The position numbers and the translations under genes were made by a program. Shown in pieces: positions 18,674 to 26,759 of a stretch of 64,000 bases of DNA. The stretch comes from Candidatus Eiseniibacteriota bacterium. Lineage in GTDB: Bacteria > Eisenbacteria > RBG-16-71-46 > JABDJR01. The notes beneath the pieces were generated by a model. That model worked only from the letters and a program-made list of their open reading frames with translations. It was not told where the DNA came from and made no database searches. Every line of letters starts with the position of its first letter. The stretch's first letter is position 1. The stretch is from NCBI GenBank assembly GCA_963783375.1, contig CAWANH010000028.1, positions 224,001-288,000 of the forward strand, read 5' to 3'.

Positions 18674-18705
18674 GCCAAAGTTCTGCCACATCTTCGCGGT
18701 AGCCT
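18674..18705 (+). promoter_or_regulatory. Putative OmpR-type direct-repeat box plus -10 element
   Basis: GCCAAA-N5-GCCACA-N9-TAGCCT; the same layout recurs at 22375-22406. Confidence 0.45.
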
Positions 18706-18771
18706 ACCCGGAGAGCGGCGGCCTCCGGCACGGGGCGGCCCGCGACGTTCGCGCGCGGTCCGGCCCTCGTA

Positions 18772-18800
18772 TTGACGTCCGGGACCCCGCGAACCACACT
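18772..18800 (+). promoter_or_regulatory. Possible sigma70-type promoter giving a near-leaderless response regulator transcript
   Basis: TTGACG-N17-CACACT, ending 9 nt before the ATG at 18810. Confidence 0.35.
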
Positions 18801-18809
18801 CCCGAGGCC

Positions 18810-19496
18810 ATGAACCCGATGATCCTGATCGTGGAAGACGACCGGCGGATCGCCGCCCTCATCGCCAAGAACCTGGACGCGGCGGGATTCTCCTGCCGCC
18901 AGATCCATGACGGCGGCGAGGCCCTGGCCACGCTCGAGCGCGAGGTCCCCGCCCTGGTGGTGCTCGATCTCATGCTTCCCGGGGTGGACGGCCTGGAGAT
19001 CACCCGCCGGGTGCGCCGCCGGAGCGAGGTTCCCATCCTCATGCTCACCGCCCGCTCCGACGAGGGGGACAAGGTGCTGGGCTTCGAGATCGGAGCCGAC
19101 GACTACCTCGTGAAGCCCTTCAGCACCCGCGAGCTGGTGGCCCGGGTGCGCGCGCTCCTCCGGCGCGCCGCGCCGGGGCCTCGGACCGAGCCCCTGACCC
19201 GCGGAGAGTTGCGCATCGACCCCGCCCGCCGATCGGTGGACCGGAACGGCGATGCGATCGGGATCACCACCCTGGAGTTCGACCTGCTCCTCTTCCTGGC
19301 CTCGCGGCCGGGGATGGTGTTCTCGCGGGAAGCGCTCATGGAGCAGGTCTGGGGCGAGGACCGGATCGTGGACGACCGGTCCATCGACAGCCTGGTGAGC
19401 CGGCTTCGCCGGAAGCTCGAGGCCGATCCCGCCCACCCTCGATACATCCAGACGGTGTGGGGGGCGGGCTACCGCTTCGCCGAGAGCCCATCGTGA
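18810..19496 (+). CDS. OmpR/PhoB family response regulator
   Basis: IVEDD, VLDLMLPGVDG, MLTA, ADDYLVKPF; winged helix ending YIQTVWGAGYRF. Confidence 0.95.
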   Translation: MNPMILIVEDDRRIAALIAKNLDAAGFSCRQIHDGGEALATLEREVPALVVLDLMLPGVDGLEITRRVRRRSEVPILMLTARSDEGDKVLGFEIGADDYLVKPFSTRELVARVRALLRRAAPGPRTEPLTRGELRIDPARRSVDRNGDAIGITTLEFDLLLFLASRPGMVFSREALMEQVWGEDRIVDDRSIDSLVSRLRRKLEADPAHPRYIQTVWGAGYRFAESPS

Positions 19497-21136
19497 AGAT
19501 GCGTCTTCGGCCGCGGAGCCTGTTCTGGACCTTCGCCGGGGCGTTCCTCCTGGTGCTGGTGGCGGCGGCGGTGGTGCAGGTGCTGGTGGTGGCGGCGGTG
19601 GTGCAGCCCCTGTTCCTCCGTTCGCTCACCGATCGCGCCCGGCTCGCCGTCCGCGAGGCCTCGTCGGAGATCGCCGCGCTTCCCGCGAACGCCCCCGATC
19701 CGGCGATCCACGAGATCCTGCGTTCCTATCGATCCGAGGAGGGCGGCCTCTTGCTGTTCTACAAGAACCCCGAGGGACGGATCCTGGGGAACCGCCGCTT
19801 GCCGCCGGGGCCGGTGGGGCGCCGCCTGGCCGAGTTGCTGGGGGCGCCGGGAGACAGCGTCGCCGCTCCCGGGGACCGCTCCGGGCCGGGCGGGGAACGC
19901 CGCGCGCCCGGCGGGGACCGGCCGCTCACGCCTCCCGACAACCGCCCCACGCCGCCGATTACCGGCCGCCGGGTCGAAGGGGGTCGGCCGCCCCGCGACG
20001 GGCCGCCCGAGGGGTTTCATCCCGATCGTGGCCCGCGGTTCCCGCCGGGATTCGAGGGGGAGCCGCCGGGACCCCGGGAACTCGTCCCCGCCCGCCTCGA
20101 GGTCGTCGCGCGGGACAGCATTCGAACCGCGACCGGAAGCTTTCGGGGCGAGGTGGTTGCGCTGGCCGCGATTCCCCGGTTCCCCTTCTGGCCCGGCTCC
20201 GCGGGGCGGCCGATCCTCCTCTACCTCCCGGTGGCGGTGCTGGTGGCGGGGGTGGCGGGCCTCCTCCTCTTCCGGTCGTTCATCCGCCGCCTCCGCGCCC
20301 TGGAGACCCTGGCCGCCCGCGTGGCCGACGGGGACCTGGACGTCAGGGTCCCCGACCCGGGCCCGGACGAGATCGGCCGGTTGGGGGAACGGCTGAACCG
20401 GATGACCGAGCGCCTGGCCGAAGCGCGCCGGCGCCTCGAGGAGAACGATCACCAGCGCCGCCGGCTGCTCGCCGACATCTCCCACGAGCTGGCCACCCCC
20501 CTCACCTCCATCAAGGGCTACGCCCAGACCCTCCTCGATCCCGCGGTGCCGGTCAGCGACCGGGAACGCGGGGCCTACCTGGCCGATGTCGTCGCCGAGT
20601 CGGAGCGGATGGACGCGCTGATCGCGGATCTCTTCGAGCTCACCCGGCTGGAGGCGGGAGCGGGGGAGCTGGAGCGCGAGCGGCTGGACTGGACGTCGCT
20701 CTGCCGGAACACGCTGGATCGGTTCGGGAAACGGTTTCGGGAGGCGGGCCTGGAACTCAGGTGGGCCGGATCCGAGGCCCCGGCGTGGGTGGAGGCGGAC
20801 GGCCGCCGGCTGGAAGAGGTGCTGGAGAATCTCCTGGTGAACACGCTCCGCTACGTTCCCGCCGGAGGATCGGTCACGGTCTCTCTGGAACCGGGAGTCG
20901 GTGGCCATCACCGGTTGAGCGTGATCGACGATGGCCCCGGCGTCCCGGCCGCGGACCTTCCCTTCATCTTCGACCGGTTCTACCGCGCCGACCCGGCCCG
21001 GGTCACCCCGGGCACCGGGTTGGGTCTGGCCATCGTTCGGGAGATCGTTCTCCGCCACGGCGGCGCGATCCGGGCGGAGAACCGCGAACCCCGCGGCGTG
21101 GCCGTCTTGATCGAGCTGCTCTCGGCGGGGGATTGA
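19493..21136 (+). CDS. HAMP-domain sensor histidine kinase
   Basis: Two TM helices, HAMP (DEIGRLGERLNRM), H-box DISHELATPLTSI, N-box ENLLVN, DDGPG, FDRFYR, GTGLGL. Start is GTG 19493 or ATG 19499. Confidence 0.93.
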   Translation: MKMRLRPRSLFWTFAGAFLLVLVAAAVVQVLVVAAVVQPLFLRSLTDRARLAVREASSEIAALPANAPDPAIHEILRSYRSEEGGLLLFYKNPEGRILGNRRLPPGPVGRRLAELLGAPGDSVAAPGDRSGPGGERRAPGGDRPLTPPDNRPTPPITGRRVEGGRPPRDGPPEGFHPDRGPRFPPGFEGEPPGPRELVPARLEVVARDSIRTATGSFRGEVVALAAIPRFPFWPGSAGRPILLYLPVAVLVAGVAGLLLFRSFIRRLRALETLAARVADGDLDVRVPDPGPDEIGRLGERLNRMTERLAEARRRLEENDHQRRRLLADISHELATPLTSIKGYAQTLLDPAVPVSDRERGAYLADVVAESERMDALIADLFELTRLEAGAGELERERLDWTSLCRNTLDRFGKRFREAGLELRWAGSEAPAWVEADGRRLEEVLENLLVNTLRYVPAGGSVTVSLEPGVGGHHRLSVIDDGPGVPAADLPFIFDRFYRADPARVTPGTGLGLAIVREIVLRHGGAIRAENREPRGVAVLIELLSAGD

Positions 21137-21248
21137 GCCGCGGGGCGGATTCGGGTCGGTGGGGCCGCAACCGGGTCCGCCGGGACGGACTCATATGCGG
21201 GGGCGGATCGGGTCAGCCGGCGCGGTCTTCTACCCGGGAGCGATCGGG

Positions 21249-21725
21249 TCATCCGGCGCCCAGCGCGAACGCGGCCTGCACCAGGAGCGACATCGCGACG
21301 GTGAGGAGCCCCACCCGCACCCAGTTCCACCGCTTCCATTCCCGCGCCGCCTTGGCCAGGAGGGTCGGGTCCTTGTCGTGGGACCCGGTGAACAAGAAGG
21401 CGTTCCGGGGCAGGTGAACGCGCATGGTGATGAGATCGGCCGAGGCCATGGTCACCAACGCGCCCACCATCCACCAGCGGACCGGCCGGAGCGGCCAGCA
21501 CACGGCGGCGCCCACCAGGAGACCGACGGCGGTGGCCGGAGCCATCCGGCGGAAGTAGGTGCCCGGGTTGGCCGGGGTCATGTAAGCGCGGGCGCGTTCG
21601 ATGGATGCCGGGACTTCGGCGCTGAAGTTCCGCCCGTTGACCACGCCGTCCAGGGCCGAGGCGCCGAGCACCCCACCGAGGAGCAGGAAGTCGATCCGTA
21701 GGACAAGATGGGCAATGAAGTGCAT
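21249..21725 (-). CDS. DUF1772 / anthrone-oxygenase-like membrane protein
   Basis: Four hydrophobic segments; ITMRVHLPRN and WKRWNWVR motifs typical of the family. Confidence 0.65.
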   Translation of the reverse strand: MHFIAHLVLRIDFLLLGGVLGASALDGVVNGRNFSAEVPASIERARAYMTPANPGTYFRRMAPATAVGLLVGAAVCWPLRPVRWWMVGALVTMASADLITMRVHLPRNAFLFTGSHDKDPTLLAKAAREWKRWNWVRVGLLTVAMSLLVQAAFALGAG

Positions 21726-21991
21726 GGGACCCCCTTTCGACATCCGTTCCTACCACGAACCGGGCCGGGGCTTCCCGGCCATTCGGGGGCGGCCGGGCTG
21801 GGCGGGGACCGGCCGGCGGCCGCGGTCTCTGGGGCTTCAACGCCAAGATGATCGCACGAAGTCACTGAGAAGTGTGCGGGTCCGGGTGCCGGTGTGCATC
21901 CGCGGGCGCGGGTGGGTGCGCATCCGGCCGGGTACGCGCCCGACGACGGCGCGCTCATCAGGATTTGTCGGTGCTGCATTAATTGCGGACC

Positions 21992-22112
21992 GTGCGTCCC
22001 CGGGGAAGCATCCTTTATTGCGAACATTGCCTCCCCGGGTGCGCATCCGCGCCCAGGCGCTTCAGGTCCGGCTTCGGTGTGTCCCCGGGGAAGCACTTTT
22101 TATTGCGAACAT
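21992..22112. repeat. Two imperfect 36-bp direct repeats (32/36 identical) separated by 49 bp
   Basis: GTGCGTCCCCGGGGAAGCATCCTTTATTGCGAACAT (21992-22027) and GTGTGTCCCCGGGGAAGCACTTTTTATTGCGAACAT (22077-22112). Confidence 0.8.
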
Positions 22113-22374
22113 GAGGTGTACCCGGGTGCGCTCCCGGTGGGCCGCGGCCGTAGGGGCCGGCCCTGCCCCTGAGCGAGGCGCGAATCTGAAGGCGCGATGG
22201 GAGCGGAGCGGGCCCCATCGCACATGAAGAGCGAGCGCGGAAACGTCCGGTGGACGTTTCGAGCGAGCGCTGAGCGCCGAGACGAAGGGGCACCGGCCCC
22301 AAGGCCGCGCCCCGCACCGCCGCGACCGGCGAGCGGAGCCCCTCTCCCCCACCGCCGAACAATGTCGCCCCCAT

Positions 22375-22406
22375 GCCATATCTCTGCCACAACCCCCGGG
22401 TACCTT
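22375..22406 (+). promoter_or_regulatory. Second copy of the putative OmpR-type box plus -10 element
   Basis: GCCATA-N5-GCCACA-N9-TACCTT upstream of the gene at 22493. Confidence 0.45.
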
Positions 22407-22492
22407 CACTCACAAGAAGCGAAACCCAGTGGCTTGGACGCCGCGGGCGCGGGTCGCGAAGATCCGGTTCCCCGGTGAAGAGGAGTCAAATC

Positions 22493-23683
22493 ATGAGAAC
22501 CCGAGACTTGATGCACGGACGGGCGGGGCGAACCTGGCTGCCGGTGGCTGCAATCTCCGGCCTCCTGGCGTTGTCCCTGGCAGGATGGGGGTGCGGGGAC
22601 GCGCAGGGAGTTTCCTCCGGCCCCACCTCCAGCGCCTCCGACGTGAGCGCCGGGGGTTCGGCGGCGGATGCCGGCAACCTGCCGGCGGTGCCGACCCTGG
22701 ACGAGCTGAGCGCGCTGTTGAACCTGACCGACGACCAGGCCCAGCTCATGCAGACCGCCCTCGACGAATGGACGGCCGAGACGGCGGCCCACCGCGGCCG
22801 CGATCGCCGGGGCGGACCGGGGGACGGCCCTCCCAACGGCAACGGGCGGCTCGGCGACGGCCCCCCCGACACCACCGGCCATCCCGGCGGCGGCATGGGT
22901 CCCGGCGGTCCCCCCGCCGGCGGCGCCGGCGGCGCCGGCGCCCGGATGGGCGACCGGTCCATGGGCCCCCCGGTCCTGGACTTCCTGGCCAAGGTCTCCT
23001 CGTTCCTGGACACCACCCAGTTCACCAAACTGGCCGGCTACTTCGTGGCGCAGCGGGCCGCGAACGAGCCCGCGGATCCGGCGATTGCTCCTCCCGGGGG
23101 AGCGGACCGGATGGCCGCGCATTGGGCTCAGGAACTGGGCATCGACCAGGGAAGTGCGGCGGACCTGGTCTCGGCTCTCAGTGACGCCCGGACTGCGCTT
23201 CGGGACCTCGGAAAGGCGTACGCCGACGGCACGGTGACCCTGGACGGGGTGAGAATCGGCGCCGGCGACATCCGCGTCCAGCTCGCCGGCCGCGCCGAGG
23301 AGATTCTGGGCAGCGGGATCTATCCGCAGCTGGTCCAGGACTTGGCCGAGAGGCGGATGAAGACGGCCGGGCAGGTCCTCGCCCACCTGGCCGAGGGCTC
23401 GACGCGGGAAGCCGACGGCCTCGCCGGGCTCTTGAACCTGGACGACGCCGGGAAGCAGGCGGCGGCAAACGCCCTCGACGGCTTCACCTCCCAGCGACAG
23501 ACCCTCTGGGAAGGGATCCGGGACGGACAGGTCGTCTTCGAGGAGGCCCTGTTTCAGAATCTCCAGACCGATGCGGCGGCCCGGAGCGCGGTGCGGGCCA
23601 CGCTCACCGGAGACCAGGTGACGAGGCTGGACGCGGTGGAGCCCCTACTTCCCCACGCCCGCCCTATGCCTCTTTACCTCTGA
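22493..23683 (+). CDS. Probable lipoprotein with Spy/CpxP-like helical repeats and a Gly/Pro-rich insert
   Basis: GAGGAG RBS; signal ending LAGWGC; LNLTDDQ, LDTTQ, LNLDDAG and LTGDQ motifs. Confidence 0.6.
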   Translation: MRTRDLMHGRAGRTWLPVAAISGLLALSLAGWGCGDAQGVSSGPTSSASDVSAGGSAADAGNLPAVPTLDELSALLNLTDDQAQLMQTALDEWTAETAAHRGRDRRGGPGDGPPNGNGRLGDGPPDTTGHPGGGMGPGGPPAGGAGGAGARMGDRSMGPPVLDFLAKVSSFLDTTQFTKLAGYFVAQRAANEPADPAIAPPGGADRMAAHWAQELGIDQGSAADLVSALSDARTALRDLGKAYADGTVTLDGVRIGAGDIRVQLAGRAEEILGSGIYPQLVQDLAERRMKTAGQVLAHLAEGSTREADGLAGLLNLDDAGKQAAANALDGFTSQRQTLWEGIRDGQVVFEEALFQNLQTDAAARSAVRATLTGDQVTRLDAVEPLLPHARPMPLYL

Positions 23684-23828
23684 TCGATCGGGGCCCGGCC
23701 GGAGCACCAACTCGCCGCACGCGCGAGCCGGCCGGGCTCCTCCTCTCCCTCCGGGCGGCCTACCGGAGTTCGGGAACGGTCCTCCCGGGGTATCATCGGG
23801 GCGGACACCCCTGCCCCGGAGGAATCGC

Positions 23829-25304
23829 GTGCTGCATCCACGACTGGCCCTCGAACTCATCCCGGTCCTTCTCGCCGTCGGCGTGACGGTCCCCACCGAC
23901 GCCGGCCCGAACCCCCGCCCGTCGATCCACCAGGTAGAGCTCGAAGCCCACGACGCCATGGAGGCGGCGGGAGCGCGCTTTCCCGGGGACCGGCCGGCCG
24001 GGGACCGGCGAAGCCATCCCGCCCCGGAATCGGTCCAGGCCCTCGCCTACCAGGTCCACGGCTGGCACCCCTACTGGATGGGGACCTCCTACCTGGACTA
24101 CGACTGGTCCCTGACCTCCACCGTGGCCTTCTTCTCCCTGGAGCTGGACGCGAACGGCTCGATCGTGAACGATCACGCCTGGCCGTGGACGGGCCTGGTT
24201 TCCGCCGCCCACGCCGGCGGCGCCCGGGTGATCGTGACCGCCACCCTGTTCTCGTCCTCGTCGATCACCGCGCTCCTCTCCGACCCGGGCCGCCGTGCCG
24301 CCGCGGTAGCCAACCTGGTGGGCGCGACGGTCGCGGGAAATGCGGACGGGGTGGACATCGATTTCGAGGGGGTGGCGGGGAGCCAGCGGGCCAACCTCGT
24401 GGTCTTCATGCAGGAGCTCCGAGATGCCCTCGACGCCGTCGTCCCCGGCGCCTATCTCTCCATGGCCACCCCGGCGGTCGACTGGTCGAACGCCTTCGAT
24501 TACCCCGCCCTGGCCGTCCCCTGCGACCACCTGGTGCTCATGGGGTACGACTACCATTGGAGCACGAGCCCCGACACCGGCCCGGTCGCCCCCCTCACCG
24601 GCTGGGGCACCTACAACGTGACCTGGTCGGTGAACGACTACCTGGGGAAGGGCGTCCCCCCGGAGCAGCTCCTCCTCGGGGTCCCCTACTACGGCTATCG
24701 CTGGCCGGCGGCATCGGGGGACCCGGGGGCGGCCACCACCGGGAGCGCGACCGCCCGCACCTTCGCCCAGGCCGTACCCGAATCCGAGGCCTATGGACTC
24801 CTCAGGGACCCGGCCTCCGGGGCCCCGTGGTACCGATTCCAGAGTCCGGGCTGGTTCCAGGCCTGGTTCGAGGACGCGGCCAGCCTGGCCATGAAGTACG
24901 ACCTGGTGAAGGAGGACGGGCTGGGGGGCGTGGGGATCTGGGCGCTGGGCTACGACGGAAGCCGTCCGGAGCTATGGGACGCGCTCGCCGCGGCCTTCGC
25001 CGATCCGGCCACCGGCGTGCCCTCCGAGGACCCGGCGCCCGCGATCATGGCCCTCTCCGCGCCCCACCCCAACCCGGTGAGGGCGGAGACCGAGGTGCGA
25101 CTCGAACTGGCGACGCCCACCCGGGTGCGGCTGGCCCTGATCGACGCCGGGGGGCGGGAGGTCCGTGAGATCCTGGACACCGAACTCCCCGCCGGGGAGC
25201 GGGTCGTCCGCTGGAGCGCGGCCGGGCTCCCCTCGGGGCTCTACTTCCTCACCGCCCGGGCCGGCGGGCTACGCCGCGCGGTCAAGGTGCTGGTACTCGG
25301 CTGA
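23829..25304 (+). CDS. Glycoside hydrolase family 18 with C-terminal FlgD-Ig/T9SS-like domain
   Basis: Catalytic DGVDIDFE, LMGYDY, LLGVPYYG, GGVGIWALG; tail TGV...PNPV...SGLYFL...KVLVL. Confidence 0.88.
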   Translation: MLHPRLALELIPVLLAVGVTVPTDAGPNPRPSIHQVELEAHDAMEAAGARFPGDRPAGDRRSHPAPESVQALAYQVHGWHPYWMGTSYLDYDWSLTSTVAFFSLELDANGSIVNDHAWPWTGLVSAAHAGGARVIVTATLFSSSSITALLSDPGRRAAAVANLVGATVAGNADGVDIDFEGVAGSQRANLVVFMQELRDALDAVVPGAYLSMATPAVDWSNAFDYPALAVPCDHLVLMGYDYHWSTSPDTGPVAPLTGWGTYNVTWSVNDYLGKGVPPEQLLLGVPYYGYRWPAASGDPGAATTGSATARTFAQAVPESEAYGLLRDPASGAPWYRFQSPGWFQAWFEDAASLAMKYDLVKEDGLGGVGIWALGYDGSRPELWDALAAAFADPATGVPSEDPAPAIMALSAPHPNPVRAETEVRLELATPTRVRLALIDAGGREVREILDTELPAGERVVRWSAAGLPSGLYFLTARAGGLRRAVKVLVLG

Positions 25305-25320
25305 CCGGACTTTCCGCCGG

Positions 25321-25770
25321 TTACTGCCCTTCCTGGTCCGGTTGGTCCGGCGAGTTGGCGGTGAAGCTGACCGGGATGACCGTCTCGGACCTGACCGGTT
25401 TCTGGTTCACCTCTCCGGGCCGGAACTTCCACTGCTTGACCGCGGCCAGGGCCGCCTCGTCCAGGGCGGGATAGCCTTCGACTCCCTTGGTGACCCAGGC
25501 CTTGGCCACGGTGCTGTCGGGGTCGATGATGACCGCGACCAGGACCGTGCCGCCGGTTCCGGCCTTTCTCAGGTCCTCGGGGTAAACGGGCTGGGGGGTC
25601 ACGACCGGAACGGGGCTGTCGCTGAGCTCATAGGACGGCACCACCCCGTTGTTGTCCGCCGTGGCGGCGTTCTCGTCGCCGCCGGTCTTCTGGGAGCAGC
25701 CGGCGAAGAGCCAGATCGAGGCCACGGCCAGGAACCCTGCGGTGATCAGGGTCCAACGATGTGTCTTCAT
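25321..25770 (-). CDS. TonB C-terminal domain protein with lipoprotein signal
   Basis: Lipobox LFAGC; PVYPE...GTV...LDEAALAAVKQWKFRPG...IPVSF. Confidence 0.85.
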   Translation of the reverse strand: MKTHRWTLITAGFLAVASIWLFAGCSQKTGGDENAATADNNGVVPSYELSDSPVPVVTPQPVYPEDLRKAGTGGTVLVAVIIDPDSTVAKAWVTKGVEGYPALDEAALAAVKQWKFRPGEVNQKPVRSETVIPVSFTANSPDQPDQEGQ

Positions 25771-25898
25771 CAAGAGAAACCTCCACGGTCAAGGCGGTCA
25801 ATGCGGGTGTTGGGAGCATGGACATGCCGGGAGGAAATCGTGTGCCACCCGCCCCGGGTTGTCAACCGCGTCCCCGCCGGGGGTCGCGGCGGGCGCGA

Positions 25899-26759
25899 TC
25901 AGATCAGTTTCATGACGTCACGGATCTCGTCCTCGAGATCCACCAGGAGCGTGGCCAGCTCCAGATCGGTGAGGTCCAGACGCTCCACCGCCCCGACCTC
26001 CTCCAGGACGAGGTCCGGAGCGGGACGGGGATGGGCCCCCAGTTTCCGGCTGATGGCGTCCGCCGCCTGAACCCGGAGAACCAGCCCCTCCCGGATCCCG
26101 GGTGACTCGTCATGATGGGAGAGCACCGCCTTGCAGATCGAGTCCGGCAGGTGCCACTGGGTGAGCACGCTGAACCCCAGCTCGGGGTGAACGGCCTCCA
26201 GCACCTCGTCCACGCTTTCCGCGGTGATTTCGAAATCCGAGTTCGCCTCGGCGAGGTGATCTGCCGCTTTCAGGGCCAGGAGCTTCCCGATGTCGTGGAG
26301 CAACCCCGCCAGATAGGATTCCTCGGGGTCAGCCCCGGCCAGGACGGCCAGCCTGCGGGCGGCCAGGGCGGCGGCGACCGCGTGATCCCACAAGCGCTCG
26401 ACGAATTCTCTCCGGGCGGGCTCGTCGGTCCGGAACTGCCCCTTGTGAACCAGGGTGGTCACCATGGAACCCACGCGGTTGAGACCGATCCGGGAAATGG
26501 CCTGGCTCAGGTCGGTGATGCGCTCGAGCCCGCCGAAGAACGCGGAGTTGGCCATTCGCAAGAGGGCGGAGGTGATGACGGAGTCCGTCCGCACCAGGTC
26601 CGCGATCAAACGCGAATCGGCGCGATCCCGGTCCTCGAGCAGGGACAGGAGCCGCCGGCTCACCCGGGGAAGCGGGAGGAGCGAGACCTTCCCGTTCAGC
26701 GCGACGTTCCGGATCTGCTCGGTCAGGGACCGTTCGACCTGATCTTCCAGGCGGCTCAT
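25899..26759 (-). CDS. HDOD domain protein
   Basis: LLPLPRV, LLRMANSAFFG, AISRIG, LWDHAV, AGLLHDIGKL, WHLP; ATG overlaps the upstream stop. Confidence 0.9.
   Translation of the reverse strand: MSRLEDQVERSLTEQIRNVALNGKVSLLPLPRVSRRLLSLLEDRDRADSRLIADLVRTDSVITSALLRMANSAFFGGLERITDLSQAISRIGLNRVGSMVTTLVHKGQFRTDEPARREFVERLWDHAVAAALAARRLAVLAGADPEESYLAGLLHDIGKLLALKAADHLAEANSDFEITAESVDEVLEAVHPELGFSVLTQWHLPDSICKAVLSHHDESPGIREGLVLRVQAADAISRKLGAHPRPAPDLVLEEVGAVERLDLTDLELATLLVDLEDEIRDVMKLI

Noticed and set aside
16540-18678. 712-aa minus-strand ORF and similar long antisense or alternate-frame ORFs (5607..7925, 26996..28828, 41954..43795, 51324..53123)
   Set aside because: They overlap well-supported genes and have low-complexity R/G/P/V/H composition typical of non-coding frames in GC-rich DNA.
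21992-22112. A bona fide CRISPR array
   Set aside because: Only two imperfect copies, a 49-bp spacer that shares sequence with the flank, a palindrome with no loop and no cas genes; kept only as a repeat.
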